From the human T2T-CHM13v2.0 reference genome, Homo sapiens: a DNA stretch of 64,000 nucleotides. How positions within the stretch are numbered: the first letter of the stretch is position 1; the number at the start of each line of letters is the position of its first letter. The notes under the pieces are model-generated. The model saw nothing but the letters and a program-made list of their open reading frames with translations, had not been told where the DNA came from and made no database searches. The position numbers and the translations under genes were made by a program. The stretch lies in assembly GCF_009914755.1 (NCBI RefSeq), contig NC_060938.1. One strand, 5' to 3'. Shown here piece after piece: positions 53,201-64,000 of this stretch.

Positions 53201-56200
53201 TAAAAAGAAAGGTTCAACTCTGTTAGTTGAGTACACACATCACAAACAAGTTTCACAGAATGCTTCTTTCTAGCTTGTAGGGGAAGATATTCCCTTTATC
53301 ACCATGGGCCTCCAACCGTCCGAAACATCCACTTCCATATACTACAAAAAGAGCGTTTCAAACCTGCTCTATGAAAGGCAATGTTCAACTCTGTGACTTG
53401 AATGCAGACATCACAGAGCAGTTTCTGAGAATGCTTCTGTCTAGATTTTATAGGAAGATATTCCCGTTTCCAACGAAATCTTCACAGCTATCCAAATATC
53501 CACTTGCAGATTCTACAAAAAGAGTGTATCAAAACTGCTCTGTCAAAAGGAAGGTTCTTCTCTGTTAGGTGAGTGCATACGTCATAAAGGAGTTTCTGAG
53601 AATGTTTCTGTCTAGTGGTTATGGGAAGATATTTGCTTTTTCCCCGTAGGCCTCAGGGCGCTCCAAATGTCCACTTGCACATGCTACAAAAAGAGTGCTT
53701 CAAAGCTGCTCTCTGAAAGGGAATGTTCAACTCTATGAGTTGAATGCAAACATCACAAAGACGTTTCTGAGAATGCTTCTGTCTAGATTTGATATGAAGA
53801 TATTCCCGTTTCCAACGAAATCTTCAAATCTATCCAAATGTCCACTTGCAGATTCAACAAAAAGTGTTTTTCAGAACTGCTCTATCAAAAGAAAGATCCA
53901 CCTCTGTTAGCTGAGTTCACACATCACAAACAAGTTTATGAGAATGCTTCTGTCTAGTTTTTATTTGAAGATATTTCCTTTCTCACCATAGAGCTGAAAG
54001 CTGTCCTAATGTTCACTTCCAGATACTACAGAAAGAGTGTTTCAAAACTGCTGTACGAAAGGGAATGTTCAACTCTGTGACTTGAATGCACACATCACAA
54101 AGAAGTTTCTGAGGATGCTGCTGTCTACTTTTTATACGTAATCCCGTTTCCAACGAAATCCTCCAAGCTATCCAAATATCCACTTGCAGATTCCACAGAA
54201 AGGCTGTTTCAAAACTGCTCTGTCAATAGAAAGGTTCAACTCTGTTAGCTGCGTGCATATATCCCAAAGAAGATTCTGAGATTGCTTCTGTCTAGTTTTT
54301 ATGGGAAGATATTTCCCTTTTCACCGTAGGTGTCAAGGCGCTCCAAATGTCCAGTTCCAGATACTACAAAAAGAGTGTTTCCAACCTACTCTGTGAAAGG
54401 GAATATTCAACTCTGTGACTTGAATGCACATATCACAAAGAAGTTTCTGAGAATGCTTCTGTCGAGATTTTATATGAAGATATTCCCGTTTCCAACGAAA
54501 TCCTGAAATGTATCCAAATATCCCCTCGCAGATTCTACAAAAAGAGTGTTTCAAAACTGCTCTGTAAAAAGAAAGGTTCAACTCTGTTAGTTGAGTACAC
54601 ACATCACAAATAAGTTTCACACAATGCTTCTTTCTAGCTTGTAGGGGAAGATATTCCCTTTATCACCATGGGCCTCAAACCGTCTGAAACGTCCACTTCC
54701 ATATACTACAAAAAGAGCGTTTCAAACCTGCTCTAGGAAAGGCAATGTTCAACTCTGTGACTTGAATGCAGACATCACAGAGCAGTTTCTGAGAATGCTT
54801 CTGTCTAGATTTTATAGGAAGATATTCCCGTTTCCAACGAAATCTTCACAGCTATCCAAATATCCACTTGCAGATTCTACAAAAAGAGTGTATCAAAACT
54901 GCTCTGTCAAAAGGAAGGTTCTTCTCTGTTAGGTGAGTGCATACGTCATAAAGGAGTTTCTGAGAATGTTTCTGTCTAGTGGTTATGGGAAGATATTTGC
55001 TTTTTCCCCGTAGGCCTCAGGGCGCTCCAAATGTCCACTTGCACATGCTACAAAAAGAGTGCTTCAAAGCTGCTCTCTGAAAGGGAATGTTCAACTCTAT
55101 GAGTTGAATGCAAACATCACAAAGACGTTTCTGAGAATGCTTCTGTCTAGATTTGATATGAAGATCTTCCCGTTTCCAACGAAATCTTCAAATCTATCCA
55201 AATGTCCACTTGCAGATTCAACAAAAAGTGTTTTTCAGAACTGCTCTATCAAAAGAAAGATCCACCTCTGTTAGCTGAGTTCAGACATCACAAACAAGTT
55301 TATGAGAATGCTTCTGTCTAGTTTTTATTTGAAGATATTTCCTTTCTCACCATAGACCTGAAAGCTGTCCTAATGTTCACTTCCAGTTACTACAGAAAGA
55401 GTGTTTCAAAACTGCTGTACGAAAGGGAATGTTCAACTCTGTGACTTGAATGCACACATCACAAAGAAGTTTCTGAGGATGCTGCTGTCTACTTTTTATA
55501 CTTAATCCCGTTTCCAACGAAATCCTCCAAGCTATCCAAATATCCACTTGCAGATTCCACAGAAAGACTGTTTCAAAACTGCTCTGTCAATAGAAAGGTT
55601 CAACTCTGTTAGCTGCGTGCATATATCCCAAAGAAGATTCTGAGATTGCTTCTGTCTAGTTTTTATGGGAAGATATTTCCCTTTTCACCGTAGGCGTCAA
55701 GGCGCTCCAAATGTCCACTTCCAGATACTACAAAAAGAGTGTTTCAAACCTACTCTGTGAAAGGGAATATTCAACTCTGTGACTTGAATGCACATATCAC
55801 AAGGAAGTTTCTGAGAATGCTTCTGTCGAGATTTTATATGAAGATATTCTCGTTTACAACGAAATCCTGAAATCTATCCAAATATCCCCTCGCAGATTCT
55901 ACAAAAAGAGTGTTTCAAAACTGCTCTGTAAAAAGAAAGGTTCAACTCTGTTAGTTGAGTACACACATCACAAACAAGTTTCACAGAATGCTTCTTTCTA
56001 GCTTGTAGGGGAAGATATTCCCTTTATCACCATGGGCCTCCAACCGTCCGAAACATCCACTTCCATATACTACAAAAAGAGCGTTTCAAACCTGCTCTAT
56101 GAAAGGCAATGTTCAACTCTGTGACTTGAATGCAGACATCACAGAGCAGTTTCTGAGAATGCTTCTGTCTAGATTTTATAGGAAGATATTCCCGTTTCCA

Positions 56201-59200
56201 ACGAAATCTTCACAGCTATCCAAATATCCACTTGCAGATTCTACAAAAAGAGTGTATCAAAACTGCTCTGTCAAAAGGAAGGTTCTTCTCTGTTAGGTGA
56301 GTGCATACGTCATAAAGGAGTTTCTGAGAATGTTTCTGTCTAGTGGTTATGGGAAGATATTTGCTTTTTCCCCGTAGGCCTCAGGGCGCTCCAAATGTCC
56401 ACTTGCACATGCTACAAAAAGAGTGCTTCAAAGCTGCTCTCTGAAAGGGAATGTTCAACTCTATGAGTTGAATGCAAACATCACAAAGACGTTTCTGAGA
56501 ATGCTTCTGTCTAGATTTGATATGAAGATATTCCCGTTTCCAACGAAATCTTCAAATCTATCCAAATGTCCACTTGCAGATTCAACAAAAAGTGTTTTTC
56601 AGAACTGCTCTATCAAAAGAAAGATCCACCTCTGTTAGCTGAGTTCACACATCACAAACAAGTTTATGAGAATGCTTCTGTCTAGTTTTTATTTGAAGAT
56701 ATTTCCTTTCTCACCATAGAGCTGAAAGCTGTCCTAATGTTCACTTCCAGATACTACAGAAAGAGTGTTTCAAAACTGCTGTACGAAAGGGAATGTTCAA
56801 CTCTGTGACTTGAATGCACACATCACAAAGAAGTTTCTGAGGATGCTGCTGTCTACTTTTTATACGTAATCCCGTTTCCAACGAAATCCTCCAAGCTATC
56901 CAAATATCCACTTGCAGATTCCACAGAAAGGCTGTTTCAAAACTGCTCTGTCAATAGAAAGGTTCAACTCTGTTAGCTGCGTGCATATATCCCAAAGAAG
57001 ATTCTGAGATTGCTTCTGTCTAGTTTTTATGGGAAGATATTTCCCTTTTCACCGTAGGTGTCAAGGCGCTCCAAATGTCCACTTCCAGATACTACAAAAA
57101 GAGTGTTTCCAACCTACTCTGTGAAAGGGAATATTCAACTCTGTGACTTGAATGCACATATCACAAAGAAGTTTCTGAGAATGCTTCTGTCGAGATTTTA
57201 TATGAAGATATTCCCGTTTCCAACGAAATCCTGAAATGTATCCAAATATCCCCTCGCAGATTCTACAAAAAGAGTGTTTCAAAACTGCTCTGTAAAAAGA
57301 AAGGTTCAACTCTGTTAGTTGAGTACACACATCACAAACAAGTTTCACACAATGCTTCTTTCTAGCTTGTAGGGGAAGATATTCCCTTTATCACCATGGG
57401 CCTCAAACCGTCTGAAACGTCCACTTCCATATACTACAAAAAGAGCATTTCAAACCTGCTCTATGAAAGGCAATGTTCAACTCTGTGACTTGAATGCAGA
57501 CATCACAGAGCAGTTTCTGAGAATGCTTCTGTCTAGATTTTATAGGAAGATATTCCCGTTTCCAACGAAATCTTCACAGCTATCCAAATATCCACTTGCA
57601 GATTCTACAAAAAGAGTGTATCAAAACTGCTCTGTCAAAAGGAAGGTTCTTCTCTGTTAGGTGAGTGCATACGTCATAAAGGAGTTTCTGAGAATGTTTC
57701 TGTCTAGTGGTTATGGGAAGATATTTGCTTTTTCCCCGTAGGCCTCAGGGCGCTCCAAATGTCCACTTGCACATGCTACAAAAAGAGTGCTTCAAAGCTG
57801 CTCTCTGAAAGGGAATGTTCAACTCTATGAGTTGAATGCAAACATCACAAAGACGTTTCTGAGAATGCTTCTGTCTAGATTTGATATGAAGATCTTCCCG
57901 TTTCCAACGAAATCTTCAAATCTATCCAAATGTCCACTTGCAGATTCAACAAAAAGTGTTTTTCAGAACTGCTCTATCAAAAGAAAGATCCACCTCTGTT
58001 AGCTGAGTTCAGACATCACAAACAAGTTTATGAGAATGCTTCTGTCTAGTTTTTATTTGAAGATATTTCCTTTCTCACCATAGACCTGAAAGCTGTCCTA
58101 ATGTTCACTTCCAGTTACTACAGAAAGAGTGTTTCAAAACTGCTGTACGAAAGGGAATGTTCAACTCTGTGACTTGAATGCACACATCACAAAGAAGTTT
58201 CTGAGGATGCTGCTGTCTACTTTTTATACTTAATCCCGTTTCCAACGAAATCCTCCAAGCTATCCAAATATCCACTTGCAGATTCCACAGAAAGACTGTT
58301 TCAAAACTGCTCTGTCAATAGAAAGGTTCAACTCTGTTAGCTGCGTGCATATATCCCAAAGAAGATTCTGAGATTGCTTCTGTCTAGTTTTTATGGGAAG
58401 ATATTTCCCTTTTCACCGTAGGCGTCCAGGCGCTCCAAATGTCCACTTCCAGATACTACAAAAAGAGTGTTTCAAACCTACTCTGTGAAAGGGAATATTC
58501 AACTCTGTGACTTGAATGCACATATCACAAGGAAGTTTCTGAGAATGCTTCTGTCGAGATTTTATATGAAGATATTCCCGTTTCCAACGAAATCCTGAAA
58601 TCTATCCAAATATCCCCTCGCAGATTCTACAAAAAGAGTGTTTCAAAACTGCTCTGTAAAAAGGAAGGTTCAACTCTGTTAGTTGAGTACACACATCACA
58701 AACAAGTTTCACAGAATGCTTCTTTCTAGCTTGTAGGGGAAGATATTCCCTTTATCACCATGGGCCTCCAACCGTCCGATAAGTCCACTTCCATATACTA
58801 CAAAAAGAGCGTTTCAAACCTGCTCTATGAAAGGCAATGTTCAACTCTGTGACTTGAATGCAGACATCACAGAGCAGTTTCTGAGAATGCTTCTGTCTAG
58901 ATTTTATAGGAAGATATTCCCGTTTCCAACGAAATCTTCACAGCTATCCAAATATCCACTTGCAGATTCTACAAAAAAAGTGTATCAAAACTGCTCTGTC
59001 ACAAGGAAGGTTCTTCTCTGTTAGGTGAGTGCATACGTCATAAAGGAGTTTCTGAGAATGTTTCTGTCTAGTGGTTATGGGAAGATATTTGCTTTTTCAC
59101 CGTAGGCCTCAGAGCGCTCCAAATATCCACTTGCACATACTACAAAAAGAGTGCTTCAAAGCTGGTCTCTGAAACGGAATGTTCAACTCTATGAGTTGAA

Positions 59201-62200
59201 TGCAAACATCACAAAGACGTTTCTGAGAATGCTTCTGTCTAGATTTGATATGAAGATATTCCCGTTTCCAACGAAATCTTCAAATCTATCCAAATGTCCA
59301 CTTGCAGATTCAACAAAAAGTGTTTTTCAGAACTGCTCTATCAAAAGAAAGATCCACCTCTGTTAGCTGAGTTCACACATCACAAACAAGTTTATGAGAA
59401 TGCTTCTGTCTAGTTTTTATTTGAAGATATTTCCTTTCTCACCATAGAGCTGAAAGCTGTCCTAATGTTCACTTCCAGATACTACAGAAAGAGTGTTTCA
59501 AAACTGCTGTATGAAAGGGAATGTTCAACTCTGTGACTTGAATGCACACATCACAAAGAAGTTTCTGAGGATGCTGCTGTCTACTTTTTATACGTAATCC
59601 CGTTTCCAACGAAATCCTCCAAGCTATCCAAATATCCACTTCCAGATTCCACAGAAAGACTGTTTCAAAACTGCTCTGTCAATAGAAAGGTTCAACTCTG
59701 TTAGCTGCGTGCATATATCCCAAAGAAGATTCTGAGATTGCTTCTGTCTAGTTTTTATTGGAAGATATTTCCCTTTTCACCGTAGGTGTCAAGGCGCTCC
59801 AAATGTCCACTTCCAGATACTACAAAAAGAGTGTTTCAAACCTACTCTGTGAAAGGGAATATTCAACTCTGTGACTTGAATGCACATATCACAAAGTAGT
59901 TTCTGAGAATGCTTCCGTCGAGATTTTATATGAAGATATTCCCGTTTCCAACGAAATCCTGAAATGTATCCAAATATCCCCTCGCAGATTCTACAAAAAG
60001 AGTGTTTCAAAACTGCTCTGTAAAAAGAAAGGTTCAACTCTGTTAGTTGAGTACACACATCACAAATAAGTTTCACACAATGCTTCTTTCTAGCTTGTAG
60101 GGGAAGATATTCCCTTTATCACCATGGGCCTCAAACCGTCTGAAACGTCCACTTCCATATACTACAAAAAGAGCATTTCAAACCTGCTGTATGAAAGGCA
60201 ATGTTCAACTCTGTGACTTGAATGCAGACATCACAGAGCAGTTTCTGAGAATGCTTCTGTCTAGATTTTATAGGAAGATATTCCCGTTTCCAACGAAATC
60301 TTCACAGCTATCCAAATATCCACTTGCAGATTCTACAAAAAGAGTGTATCAAAACTGCTCTGTCAAAAGGAAGGTTCTTCTCTGTTAGGTGAGTGCATAC
60401 GTCATAAAGGAGTTTCTGAGAATGTTTCTGTCTAGTGGTTATGGGAAGATATTTGCTTTTTCCCCGTAGGCCTCAGGGCGCTCCAAATGTCCACTTGCAC
60501 ATGCTACAAAAAGAGTGCTTCAAAGCTGCTCTCTGAAAGGGAATGTTCAACTCTATGAGTTGAATGCAAACATCACAAAGACGTTTCTGAGAATGCTTCT
60601 GTCTAGATTTGATATGAAGATATTCCCGTTTCCAACGAAATCTTCAAATCTATCCAAATGTCCACTTGCAGATTCAACAAAAAGTGTTTTTCAGAACTGC
60701 TCTATCAAAAGAAAGATCCACCTCTGTTAGCTGAGTTCAGACATCACAAACAAGTTTATGAGAATGCTTCTGTCTAGTTTTTATTTGAAGATATTTCCTT
60801 TCTCACCATAGACCTGAAAGCTGTCCTAATGTTCACTTCCAGTTACTACAGAAAGAGTGTTTCAAAACTGCTGTACGAAAGGGAATGTTCAACTCTGTGA
60901 CTTGAATGCACACATCACAAAGAAGTTTCTGAGGATGCTGCTGTCTACTTTTTATACTTAATCCCGTTTCCAACGAAATCCTCCAAGCTATCCAAATATC
61001 CACTTGCAGATTCCACAGAAAGACTGTTTCAAAACTGCTCTGTCAATAGAAAGGTTCAACTCTGTTAGCTGCGTGCATATATCCCAAAGAAGATTCTGAG
61101 ATTGCTTCTGTCTAGTTTTTATGGGAAGATATTTGCCTTTTCACCGTAGGTGTCCAGGCGCTCCAAATGTCCACTTCCAGATACTACAAAAAGAGTGTTT
61201 CAAACCTACTCTGTGAAAGGGAATATTCAACTCTGTGACTTGAATGCACATATCACAAGGAAGTTTCTGAGAATGCTTCTGTCGAGATTTTATATGAAGA
61301 TATTCCCGTTTCCAACGAAATCCTGAAATCTATCCAAATATCCCCTCGCAGATTCTACAAAAAGAGTGTTTCAAAACTGCTCTGTAAAAAGGAAGGTTCA
61401 ACTCTGTTAGTTGAGTACACACATCACAAACAAGTTTCACAGAATGCTTCTTTCTAGCTTGTAGGGGAAGATATTCCCTTTATCACCATGGGCCTCCAAC
61501 CGTCCGATAAGTCCACTTCCATATACTACAAAAAGAGCGTTTCAAACCTGCTCTATGAAAGGCAATGTTCAACTCTGTGACTTGAATGCAGACATCACAG
61601 AGCAGTTTCTGAGAATGCTTCTGTCTAGATTTTATAGGAAGATATTCCCGTTTCCAACGAAATCTTCACAGCTATCCAAATATCCACTTGCAGATTCTAC
61701 AAAAAGAGTGTATCAAAACTGCTCTGTCAAAAGGAAGGTTCTTCTCTGTTAGGTGAGTGCATACGTCATAAAGGAGTTTCTGAGAATGTTTCTGTCTAGT
61801 GGTTATGGGAAGATATTTGCTTTTTCACCGTAGGCCTCAGAGCGCTCCAAATATCCACTTGCACATACTACAAAAAGAGTGCTTCAAAGCTGGTCTCTGA
61901 AACGGAATGTTCAACTCTATGAGTTGAATGCAAACATCACAAAGACGTTTCTGAGAATGCTTCTGTCTAGATTTGATATGAAGATATTCCCGTTTCCAAC
62001 GAAATCTTCAAATCTATCCAAATGTCCACTTGCAGATTCAACAAAAAGTGTTTTTCAGAACTGCTCTATCAAAAGAAAGATCCACCTCTGTTAGCTGAGT
62101 TCACACATCACAAACAAGTTTATGAGAATGCTTCTGTCTAGTTTTTATTTGAAGATATTTCCTTTCTCACCATAGAGCTGAAAGCTGTCCTAATGTTCAC

Positions 62201-64000
62201 TTCCAGATACTACAGAAAGAGTGTTTCAAAACTGCTGTACGAAAGGGAATGTTCAACTCTGTGACTTGAATGCACACATCACAAAGAAGTTTCTGAGGAT
62301 GCTGCTGTCTACTTTTTATACGTAATCCCGTTTCCAACGAAATCCTCCAAGCTATCCAAATATCCACTTGCAGATTCCACAGAAAGGCTGTTTCAAAACT
62401 GCTCTGTCAATAGAAAGGTTCAACTCTGTTAGCTGCGTGCATATATCCCAAAGAAGATTCTGAGATTGCTTCTGTCTAGTTTTTATGGGAAGATATTTCC
62501 CTTTTCACCGTAGGTGTCAAGGCGCTCCAAATGTCCACTTCCAGATACTACAAAAAGAGTGTTTCCAACCTACTCTGTGAAAGGGAATATTCAACTCTGT
62601 GACTTGAATGCACATATCACAAAGAAGTTTCTGAGAATGCTTCTGTCGAGATTTTATATGAAGATATTCCCGTTTCCAACGAAATCCTGAAATGTATCCA
62701 AATATCCCCTCGCAGATTCTACAAAAAGAGTGTTTCAAAACTGCTCTGTAAAAAGAAAGGTTCAACTCTGTTAGTTGAGTACACACATCACAAACAAGTT
62801 TCACACAATGCTTCTTTCTAGCTTGTAGGGGAAGATATTCCCTTTATCACCATGGGCCTCAAACCGTCTGAAACGTCCACTTCCATATACTACAAAAAGA
62901 GCATTTCAAACCTGCTCTATGAAAGGCAATGTTCAACTCTGTGACTTGAATGCAGACATCACAGAGCAGTTTCTGAGAATGCTTCTGTCTAGATTTTATA
63001 GGAAGATATTCCCGTTTCCAACGAAATCTTCACAGCTATCCAAATATCCACTTGCAGATTCTACAAAAAGAGTGTATCAAAACTGCTCTGTCAAAAGGAA
63101 GGTTCTTCTCTGTTAGGTGAGTGCATACGTCATAAAGGAGTTTCTGAGAATGTTTCTGTCTAGTGGTTATGGGAAGATATTTGCTTTTTCCCCGTAGGCC
63201 TCAGGGCGCTCCAAATGTCCACTTGCACATGCTACAAAAAGAGTGCTTCAAAGCTGCTCTCTGAAAGGGAATGTTCAACTCTATGAGTTGAATGCAAACA
63301 TCACAAAGACGTTTCTGAGAATGCTTCTGTCTAGATTTGATATGAAGATATTCCCGTTTCCAACGAAATCTTCAAATCTATCCAAATGTCCACTTGCAGA
63401 TTCAACAAAAAGTGTTTTTCAGAACTGCTCTATCAAAAGAAAGATCCACCTCTGTTAGCTGAGTTCAGACATCACAAACAAGTTTATGAGAATGCTTCTG
63501 TCTAGTTTTTATTTGAAGATATTTCCTTTCTCACCATAGACCTGAAAGCTGTCCTAATGTTCACTTCCAGTTACTACAGAAAGAGTGTTTCAAAACTGCT
63601 GTACGAAAGGGAATGTTCAACTCTGTGACTTGAATGCACACATCACAAAGAAGTTTCTGAGGATGCTGCTGTCTACTTTTTATACTTAATCCCGTTTCCA
63701 ACGAAATCCTCCAAGCTATCCAAATATCCACTTGCAGATTCCACAGAAAGACTGTTTCAAAACTGCTCTGTCAATAGAAAGGTTCAACTCTGTTAGCTGC
63801 GTGCATATATCCCAAAGAAGATTCTGAGATTGCTTCTGTCTAGTTTTTATGGGAAGATATTTCCCTTTTCACCGTAGGCGTCAAGGCGCTCCAAATGTCC
63901 ACTTCCAGATACTACAAAAAGAGTGTTTCAAACCTACTCTGTGAAAGGGAATATTCAACTCTGTGACTTGAATGCACATATCACAAGGAAGTTTCTGAGA
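31871..64000. repeat. Strictly alternating X/Y 8-mers: 2728-bp (16-monomer) super-HOR, about 12 copies
   Basis: Linked alleles alternate unit by unit (GTTCACAC/GTTCAGAC, CCAGATAC/CCAGTTAC, CAAAGAAG/CAAGGAAG, AATGTATC/AATCTATC). The X-specific 95-aa minus-strand pseudo-ORF recurs every 2728 bp from 32509 to 62517. Confidence 0.92.
57465..64000. repeat. Near-identical block copy (at least 6.5 kb) of 43825-50360 (offset 13640 = 10 HOR)
   Basis: Rare shared SNVs 46276/59916 (GCTTCCGTCG), 47495/61135 (ATTTGCCTTT) and 47511/61151, with matching order of ORF variants. Confidence 0.88.

Larger units (their letters stand above)
1..64000. repeat. Centromeric alpha-satellite HOR array: 8-mer, 1364-bp unit, about 47 copies, head-to-tail, single orientation
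   Basis: Alphoid motifs (TTTCTGAGAATGCTTCTGTCTAG, GTTCAACTCTGTGA, AAGATATTCCCGTTTCCAACGAAA) recur every ~171 bp. The same 71-aa pseudo-ORF starts at 501, 1865, 3229 ... 63243 (47 times) with exact 1364-bp spacing, except once at 1362 bp (20961 to 22323). 1364 = 7x171 + 167. Confidence 0.99.
1..64000. repeat. Probable identity: suprachromosomal family 2 (D1/D2 dimeric) live HOR, most likely human chr14/22 alphaXT (S2C14/22H1L; D14Z9/D22Z1)
   Basis: Box-positive and box-negative monomers alternate, and the unit is an 8-mer of 1364 bp. There are two XbaI sites (246-251, 588-593) and one TaqI site (1268-1271) per unit, consistent with the historical alphaXT name. The assignment rests on recall, not alignment. 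Other SF2 arrays with 8/16-mer organisation (chr20, chr18) are not excluded. Confidence 0.6.

Noticed and set aside
501-63458. Repeated 71-aa, 65-aa and 95-aa ORFs as protein-coding genes
   Set aside because: They are chance open frames in alpha satellite, copied with the HOR. They are short, several need GTG starts, they have no recognisable domain, and single SNVs switch them on and off.
1-64000. CRISPR-like repeat-spacer array (regular conserved 17-mers)
   Set aside because: The intervening sequences are homologous ~340-bp satellite dimers rather than unique spacers, and there are no cas genes. The 17-mers are CENP-B boxes.
1-64000. Transposon insertion, inversion or monomer-number HOR variant
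   Set aside because: Unit spacing is 1364 bp throughout (once 1362) and all boxes face the same way, leaving no room for insertions, monomer deletions or inversions.
1-64000. Claim that this window is the kinetochore site (CENP-A domain / centromere dip region)
   Set aside because: Homogeneity and dense CENP-B boxes suggest a live array, but the kinetochore position is epigenetic and cannot be read from sequence.

Overview
The whole 64 kb window is one uninterrupted primate centromeric alpha-satellite array of human type, in a single orientation. Monomers of about 171 bp form an 8-monomer, 1364-bp higher-order repeat (HOR), with about 47 copies. Every second monomer carries a CENP-B box (TCCCGTTTCCAACGAAA on the + strand); the monomers between them carry pJ-alpha/A-box-like motifs. 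This matches a dimeric suprachromosomal family. From memory it best fits the SF2 chr14/22 8-mer (alphaXT; D14Z9/D22Z1), which I could not verify. There are no genes, RNA genes, transposons or CRISPR arrays, and all listed ORFs are satellite artefacts. The interesting signal is in the SNV patterns. Two 8-mer haplotypes (X and Y) alternate to give a hidden 2728-bp 16-mer. There are XYY triplets, one XX junction, nested duplications at offsets of 2, 3, 10 and 19-21 HORs, a CENP-B-box-disrupting allele in 5 copies, short conversion-like tracts and a single 2-bp indel. I found no evidence for a novel gene-based system; the findings concern array architecture and evolution.
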